Assembly: GCA_029258885.1 (NCBI GenBank)
Contig: JAPDJW010000002.1
Span: 160,001 to 224,000, forward strand
Origin: Thermoproteota archaeon
GTDB lineage: Archaea; Thermoproteota; Thermoprotei; Thermofilales; B9-G17
DNA length: 64,000 nucleotides
Reading direction: 5' to 3'
Position 1 is the stretch's first letter. Every line of letters begins with the position of its first letter. Below, piece by piece: positions 59,142-64,000 of this stretch. Both the position numbers and the translations under genes were made by a program. Below the pieces are notes generated by a model. It worked only from the letters and a program-made list of their open reading frames with translations, had not been told where the DNA came from and did no database searches.

Positions 59142-60092
59142 GTGATAATACTAGCTATCGATGGGGGAGGCAGTAAAACAGAGGCAATAGCATTAAATGA
59201 TAAGGCAGACGTTTTAGGACGAGGCCTCGCAGGTCCCAGCAATCCAAATGTAGTTGGCCTCAAGTCATGTATAGAGGCAATACTTTTAGCCGCTCGAAGA
59301 GCCCTTAAAGAGGGAGGATTAGAGAAAGCGGACATACTTGTAGCCGGAATAGCTGGTGCTGGCAGATTTAAGACAAAATCGCTTATTAAGGATTCCCTAT
59401 CTAAAACCGGAATTGCGAAAAAATACCTCATATTTTCAGACGCCGAAATATACCTGGTTGCGTCCACTCGAGGTAGCTCCGGAATAATGGTAAACTCCGG
59501 AACTGGAATGATAGTCTTGGGAATGGATGATCGCGGGAGAATAGCTAGGAGCGGTGGATGGGGCTATCTCATAGACGATGAAGGAAGCGGGTTCTGGATA
59601 GGACGTGAGGCGCTAAACGCCGTGTTTAGATCATTGGATGGAAGGGGGCCGCCAACCCTACTTAGCGAGGAAGTATTAAGATTCTTCAACTCCGAGGATT
59701 TCGACGACCTTATAATCAAGATATATAGCAGTCTAACGCCTACAGATATCTCTAAGCTAACCCACGTAGTAGATAAGCTATATGAAACTGACGGGGTTTC
59801 CCGGGATATCGTTAGAAGGGCAGCACAAGAGCTCGCTAAGGCGGTAGAGGCAGTTAGAGCTAAACTTAATCTCAGATATCCAGTGAAGGTATACTGCGTT
59901 GGAGGGGCATTTGAGATGAAGTCGCTTTTAAGCGAATTCGAGAGAGCTCTAGGAGATAAGTATCTTATTTCAAAAGTTAAGCTAAGCCCTGTCGTTGGCG
60001 CTGCCATTTTAGGCTTAAAGGAGCTGCATGGAGGGAAAATAGATAAAAGATTATTGGACAAAATCTATTTAGAGTGTTTGAGGGTGGGATAG
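59142..60092 (+). CDS. BadF/BadG/BcrA/BcrD-family amino-sugar kinase (MurK/GlcNAc-MurNAc kinase-like)
   Basis: IDGGGSKT, GIAG, SDA, NSGTG and GGWGYLIDDEGSGFWIG. Directly upstream of murQ. GTG 59142 (track TTG 59121). Confidence 0.87.
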   Translation: MIILAIDGGGSKTEAIALNDKADVLGRGLAGPSNPNVVGLKSCIEAILLAARRALKEGGLEKADILVAGIAGAGRFKTKSLIKDSLSKTGIAKKYLIFSDAEIYLVASTRGSSGIMVNSGTGMIVLGMDDRGRIARSGGWGYLIDDEGSGFWIGREALNAVFRSLDGRGPPTLLSEEVLRFFNSEDFDDLIIKIYSSLTPTDISKLTHVVDKLYETDGVSRDIVRRAAQELAKAVEAVRAKLNLRYPVKVYCVGGAFEMKSLLSEFERALGDKYLISKVKLSPVVGAAILGLKELHGGKIDKRLLDKIYLECLRVG

Positions 60093-60095
60093 ATT

Positions 60096-61076
60096 ATGGC
60101 TACTAGTGAGTTGGGTAGGAAGGATAGGGAGCTATTTAAGCTCCTAGAGAGGCTAACTACCGAGCAGATAAATCCGAGATCTACTAGATTAAGCGAGTTG
60201 TCAACAGTAGAGATACTAAAAATAATAAACGACGAGGATAAAAAGGTTGCATTTGCTGTGGAAAAAGAGATTCCAAATATAGCTAAAGCTGTAGATACGA
60301 TAGTAGACGCCATTAAGAGAGGAGGTAAATGGATATATGTTGGAGCTGGAACCAGTGGTAGATTAGGGATAATTGACGTAGCCGAACTTCTTCCAACATA
60401 CGATATAGGTCCTGAGGTAGCTGAAGCTATAATTGCAGGAGGACCTGGGGCTGTCTTTAGACCTATAGAGGGGGCTGAAGACGATGAGGAAATGGCTGTT
60501 AGGGAGCTTAAAGCTAAAAGACTATGCAGTAAGGATGTGGTTGTAGGCATATCGGCCAGCGGTAGGACGCCCTATGTAATTGCTGCACTGAGATACGCTA
60601 GAGAGATAGGAGCAAAGGCTATAGCTATAACCTGCGTTAGGGATTCACCTATAGTTAAACACGCAGATATAGTTATATGCCCCAATACGGGCCCTGAGGT
60701 CATAACAGGCTCCACGAGAATGAAAGCGGCTACAGCGCAGAAAATGATTTTAACGATGATGAGCACGGCCATTATGGTTAGACTCGGAAGAGTTAAGGGC
60801 AATTTAATGGTTACACTCGAGCCTGTCAGTAGGAAGCTAATTGAGAGAGCTAAGAGGATAATAATGATCGAGACTGGCGTTGACTATGATACAGCAACTA
60901 AACTGCTTGAGGAATCTAAGGGTAACGTGACAGCGGCGATAGTAATGGGGAAGGCGAACGTAAGCTACGAGAAGGCAATAGCATTATTAAATGCAACGAA
61001 CAATGTTCCCACTAAGGCTATAGAATTAGCCGAAAAACTTAGGAGAGAGGGTGTACTTGATAAGTGGAGCGGTTAA
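60096..61076 (+). CDS. murQ: N-acetylmuramic acid 6-phosphate etherase
   Basis: TEQINPRS, YVGAGTSGRLG..D..E, EGAED, GISASGRTPYV and GPEVITGSTRMKAATAQKMIL. Confidence 0.96.
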   Translation: MATSELGRKDRELFKLLERLTTEQINPRSTRLSELSTVEILKIINDEDKKVAFAVEKEIPNIAKAVDTIVDAIKRGGKWIYVGAGTSGRLGIIDVAELLPTYDIGPEVAEAIIAGGPGAVFRPIEGAEDDEEMAVRELKAKRLCSKDVVVGISASGRTPYVIAALRYAREIGAKAIAITCVRDSPIVKHADIVICPNTGPEVITGSTRMKAATAQKMILTMMSTAIMVRLGRVKGNLMVTLEPVSRKLIERAKRIIMIETGVDYDTATKLLEESKGNVTAAIVMGKANVSYEKAIALLNATNNVPTKAIELAEKLRREGVLDKWSG

Positions 61077-62217
61077 AACAGGGTTAGATGTACTTGTCGA
61101 AGAGAAGCTTAGAAGCATAGAGGGAGACAAGGTAGGTTTAGTAATAAACCATACGGCTTTAACTAGAGACCTGGAGTTCATAGTTGATGTATTTCGAAGA
61201 TGTGGAAAGGAGATACCGGTAGTTTTTTCACCAGAGCACGGCTTAATGGGTGACGTTGCTGACGCCGTAAAGGTTGAGTCATATAGGGATCCCGATTTAG
61301 ACGTATATGTATATAGCTTATACGGGAAAACATATGAGCCACCCCTAGATCTCGTCAGGGATTTCGATGCACTAGTATATGATATCCAGGATTTAGGAGT
61401 TAGATGGTATACCTTTATTTCAACCCTCTACTACTCCCTAAGGGCAGCGGCAAAAGCCAATACACCGATTTATGTTCTGGATAGACCTAACCCTGTAACC
61501 GGAGTAGCTATAGAGGGTCCGGTTTTAGATCCCAGATTTAAGTCCTTTGTAGGAATATATAGGCTTCCGACGAGATACGCCTTAACATGCGGCGAGCTAG
61601 CCCTCCTCTACAATAAGGAGGAGGGATTTAATGCTGATTTAAAGGTAATAGAAATGAGAAACTGGAGAAGGAGCATGTGGTACGATGAAACAGGATTAAT
61701 ATGGGTTCCTCCCTCCCCCAACATACCGTCGCTTGAAACCGCAACAATATACCTTGGTACATGTCTAATAGAGGGCACGAACATTTCTGAAGGCAGGGGA
61801 ACTCCTAATCCATTCGTCTACATAGGAGCGCCCTGGATTAAGCCTAGGGATCTAGCAAGACGCATGAACTCGCTTAACCTTAAGGGGGTAAAGTTTAGAC
61901 CAATCTACTTCAGACCTTCTGTGTCCAAGTATGCTGGTGAAAGGTGCGGAGGAGTACAGGTCCATTTAATTGATAGAGAGAAATTTCAGCCTCTAAGGAC
62001 GGGCTTGTATCTAATAAAGACTATTATGGAAATGTATCCGGATAAGTTTGAGTGGAGGGTGTTTAAAGGGGAATACTTCTTCGATAAACTCATAGGTAGA
62101 GGCTACGTCAGAAAGTATCTCGAGGAGGGATATGATATAGAATACATTGAAGAGACCTGGCTTAAAGACCTACAGGAGTATAGGGATAGAATTAAGGATA
62201 TTATGCTGTATGGATAA
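61051..62217 (+). CDS. namZ: Exo-beta-N-acetylmuramidase (DUF1343/YbbC family), no signal peptide
   Basis: VGLVINHT, FSPEHG, YDIQDLGVRWYTFISTL, LDRPNP, WVPPSPNIP and EGTNISEGRGT..PF. Confidence 0.93.
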   Translation: MYLISGAVKTGLDVLVEEKLRSIEGDKVGLVINHTALTRDLEFIVDVFRRCGKEIPVVFSPEHGLMGDVADAVKVESYRDPDLDVYVYSLYGKTYEPPLDLVRDFDALVYDIQDLGVRWYTFISTLYYSLRAAAKANTPIYVLDRPNPVTGVAIEGPVLDPRFKSFVGIYRLPTRYALTCGELALLYNKEEGFNADLKVIEMRNWRRSMWYDETGLIWVPPSPNIPSLETATIYLGTCLIEGTNISEGRGTPNPFVYIGAPWIKPRDLARRMNSLNLKGVKFRPIYFRPSVSKYAGERCGGVQVHLIDREKFQPLRTGLYLIKTIMEMYPDKFEWRVFKGEYFFDKLIGRGYVRKYLEEGYDIEYIEETWLKDLQEYRDRIKDIMLYG

Positions 62218-62331
62218 AGCGGTGTTTTAAGGCATAATGTACCTGCACTATTCTCTTAGTGTTTTATACAATGGCTAGTAGATGCTATAACTGGAACAAT
62301 AAAGTTTAAAATAAATCCAGTAATATAGTCA

Positions 62332-63942
62332 TTGGACGGTGATCGCTTGAAGTTTAAAGGAATGCTTATACTTGAATTCAGCAAGCCCCTGACAGAAGAG
62401 CACAACGGGCTCATTAGACACGTGGTAGACGAATTAAATAATAATATATTGGTTAAGGGCGCGACATTACCTGAGGAGGCAGCTAAAGTAGTCGATTTCC
62501 GTATAGAGGACGGAAAGCTGGTACTAAATCTTGAGACTGGTAGACAGGTTAGGATACATAGTGCTGCTATGAGAATTAAAAACTACGTAGCTAAGATCTT
62601 TGGCTCAAAGCTAAAGGTTGGAGTAAGAGGCTTAACTCTGAAGGACACGGTTATAGAGCTTGATGGAGAGTTTTCAGTCTCACCTAAGATACCTTTAATA
62701 AGGAAGCTATTAGTGGACGAGGGTAAAACGTACGTATACCTGGATGTTATGGATGAGAGCGTATTAAAGAAGCCGGTGCTGGATAGGCTTATTAAGCTAC
62801 TTAACGATAAGGAGATGAGGGCGAAGTGGAAGGGTAAGGCCGAACACTGGCAGCTTATTAAGAGGAGCAGGGAGAAGGAGCCCCTGTTTAAAGAGGATCC
62901 TAATAAAATCTTCGAGGAGATAGGATGGATAAAGAGGTTTTCGATAGGTCAGTGGATATACACTCCGCCGGCCATATACTTAATAAACATGATAAAACAA
63001 CTCTTCTTGGAGGAGGTAGTTAAGCCTCTAGGGTTTGAGGAGGTAGTATTCCCGAAGATATATCCTCCGGAGATAGGGCTTAAAACAGGGCATTTAAAGG
63101 GCACCATAAACTCGATGCTCTTCGCTTCACTACCGATCTCCTACGATATATCAGCCTTCGAGGAGCTTATAGACTACATGTCCGTAATGAACGAGGTTCC
63201 TCAGGAGGATCTTAGGGATTATCTTAGGCCACCATCCTACTTCCTCTGTTTTGCACAGTGCGAGCCATTCTACCAGTTCTTCAGTGGAGAAATAGTTGAC
63301 GATAGAGCGCTTCCTATCAAGTGGTTCGACCAGAGCGGTCCATCATTTAGGTGGGAGGCGGGAGGCCTACATGGAGTTGAGAGGCTAATAGAGTTCCACA
63401 GAATAGAGGTTGTTTGGCTTGGAAAGCCCGAGCAAGTTGTTGAAATAAGGAATCAGCTACTGGAGAGATACGAGCACTTCATGGATAAGGTGCTGGATCT
63501 AGAGTGGAGGTGGGCTTGGGTAACACCATGGTACCTTGAGCACGCAGGCGTAATAGAGAAAATAAGTGAGGAGATTAATAGACCAGGAACAATAGATTTC
63601 GAGGCCTGGCTGCCGTATAAGGGATCTAGGGATGACGCTAAAGCATGGCTTGAAATAGGGAATATATCAATTCACGGAACGAAGTTCACAGACCCATTTA
63701 AGATAAAATACAGCAAGAAGAACATGAAGCTGTGGACCGGTTGTTCAGGGTTTGGAGTAGAACGCTGGATGCTAGTTTTCATAGCGCAGAAGGGATTTGA
63801 CCCCGAGAACTGGCCAAGTAAGCCGAGAGAATACGTTAAGAAGAACCCAATGCCTAAGTCGTTACTAATGGTAACCTATCCTAAGACTAAGGAAGGAAAA
63901 GAATTACTCAAGAAAATTGTAGATTTATATTCTAATCCTTGA
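62332..63942 (+). CDS. serS: Serine--tRNA ligase, type 2 (methanogen-type, zinc-dependent)
   Basis: Atypical N-terminal tRNA-binding domain, FAQCEPFY, SGPSFRWEAGGLHGVERLIEFHRIE (motif 2) and WTGCSGFGVERW (motif 3). Confidence 0.9.
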   Translation: MDGDRLKFKGMLILEFSKPLTEEHNGLIRHVVDELNNNILVKGATLPEEAAKVVDFRIEDGKLVLNLETGRQVRIHSAAMRIKNYVAKIFGSKLKVGVRGLTLKDTVIELDGEFSVSPKIPLIRKLLVDEGKTYVYLDVMDESVLKKPVLDRLIKLLNDKEMRAKWKGKAEHWQLIKRSREKEPLFKEDPNKIFEEIGWIKRFSIGQWIYTPPAIYLINMIKQLFLEEVVKPLGFEEVVFPKIYPPEIGLKTGHLKGTINSMLFASLPISYDISAFEELIDYMSVMNEVPQEDLRDYLRPPSYFLCFAQCEPFYQFFSGEIVDDRALPIKWFDQSGPSFRWEAGGLHGVERLIEFHRIEVVWLGKPEQVVEIRNQLLERYEHFMDKVLDLEWRWAWVTPWYLEHAGVIEKISEEINRPGTIDFEAWLPYKGSRDDAKAWLEIGNISIHGTKFTDPFKIKYSKKNMKLWTGCSGFGVERWMLVFIAQKGFDPENWPSKPREYVKKNPMPKSLLMVTYPKTKEGKELLKKIVDLYSNP

Positions 63943-64000
63943 TCGATGAAGCAACTATGTTATGAAGCAGGGGTCTAATCCTTAAAATAGCCCTGTTTTC

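Noticed and set aside
508-60802. About 55 short ORFs (60-184 aa) from the six-frame track, e.g. 508-855, 6527-7006, 12288-12746, 49523-50077, 52859-53374, 59564-60061, 60065-60550
   Set aside because: They lie antisense or out of frame within well-supported genes, have no motifs or RBS, and show shadow-ORF composition.
29202-62217. Bacterial contamination or chimera, or pseudomurein metabolism, as the explanation for the mur genes
   Set aside because: The genes carry archaeal GGTGA/GAGGTG RBSs and TATA elements, have the same composition as flanks containing nreA and type 2 serS, and are interleaved with the module paralogues. MurQ, AnmK and NamZ act on MurNAc, which pseudomurein lacks. Read-level checking is still advisable.
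62332-63942. Amino acid:[carrier protein] ligase (SerRS2 paralogue) of a biosynthetic cluster
   Set aside because: It retains the full N-terminal tRNA-binding domain (536 aa), and no carrier protein gene is adjacent.
1-64000. CRISPR arrays, tRNA/rRNA genes, IS elements or integrases
   Set aside because: No regularly spaced repeats, cloverleaf-like GC-rich segments or transposase/integrase motifs were seen by eye.

Overview
Archaeal DNA, probably a heterotrophic Thermoproteota-type (Thermofilales-like) thermophile. Evidence: GGTGA/GAGGTG ribosome-binding sites, TATA boxes, nreA, an Lrp/AsnC regulator, a methanogen-type SerRS and many TTG/GTG starts. The taxonomy is an inference. About 40 CDS. 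I saw no rRNA, tRNA, CRISPR array or transposase. Two themes dominate. (1) A three-gene membrane module occurs three times, reshuffled but always 1:1:1. It comprises a ~1500-aa signal-peptide protein fusing a PA + catalytically degenerate M28 peptidase-like ectodomain to a MacB/FtsX-type permease, plus one member each of two distinct OPT-superfamily-like polytopic membrane protein classes. No ABC ATPase is encoded in the window. (2) An almost complete bacterial-peptidoglycan scavenging pathway (29.2-62.2 kb) in an organism whose lineage has no murein. It includes a membrane-tethered PGRP-type amidase, a spore-cortex-type GH18, GHL10 and a C39-like protease, plus cytoplasmic NagZ, NamZ, AnmK, a MurK-like kinase, MurQ and LysA, interleaved with two copies of the module. 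Also present: a GH94 phosphorylase (5'-partial), an Lrp regulator fused to a carbohydrate-type beta-sandwich, GH57, VapBC, an AAA_14/DUF4143 ATPase, a frameshifted sugar-phosphate isomerase, a candidate C-terminal GGE sorting motif and two small structured intergenic elements. Family calls come from motif recognition by eye, not database searches.
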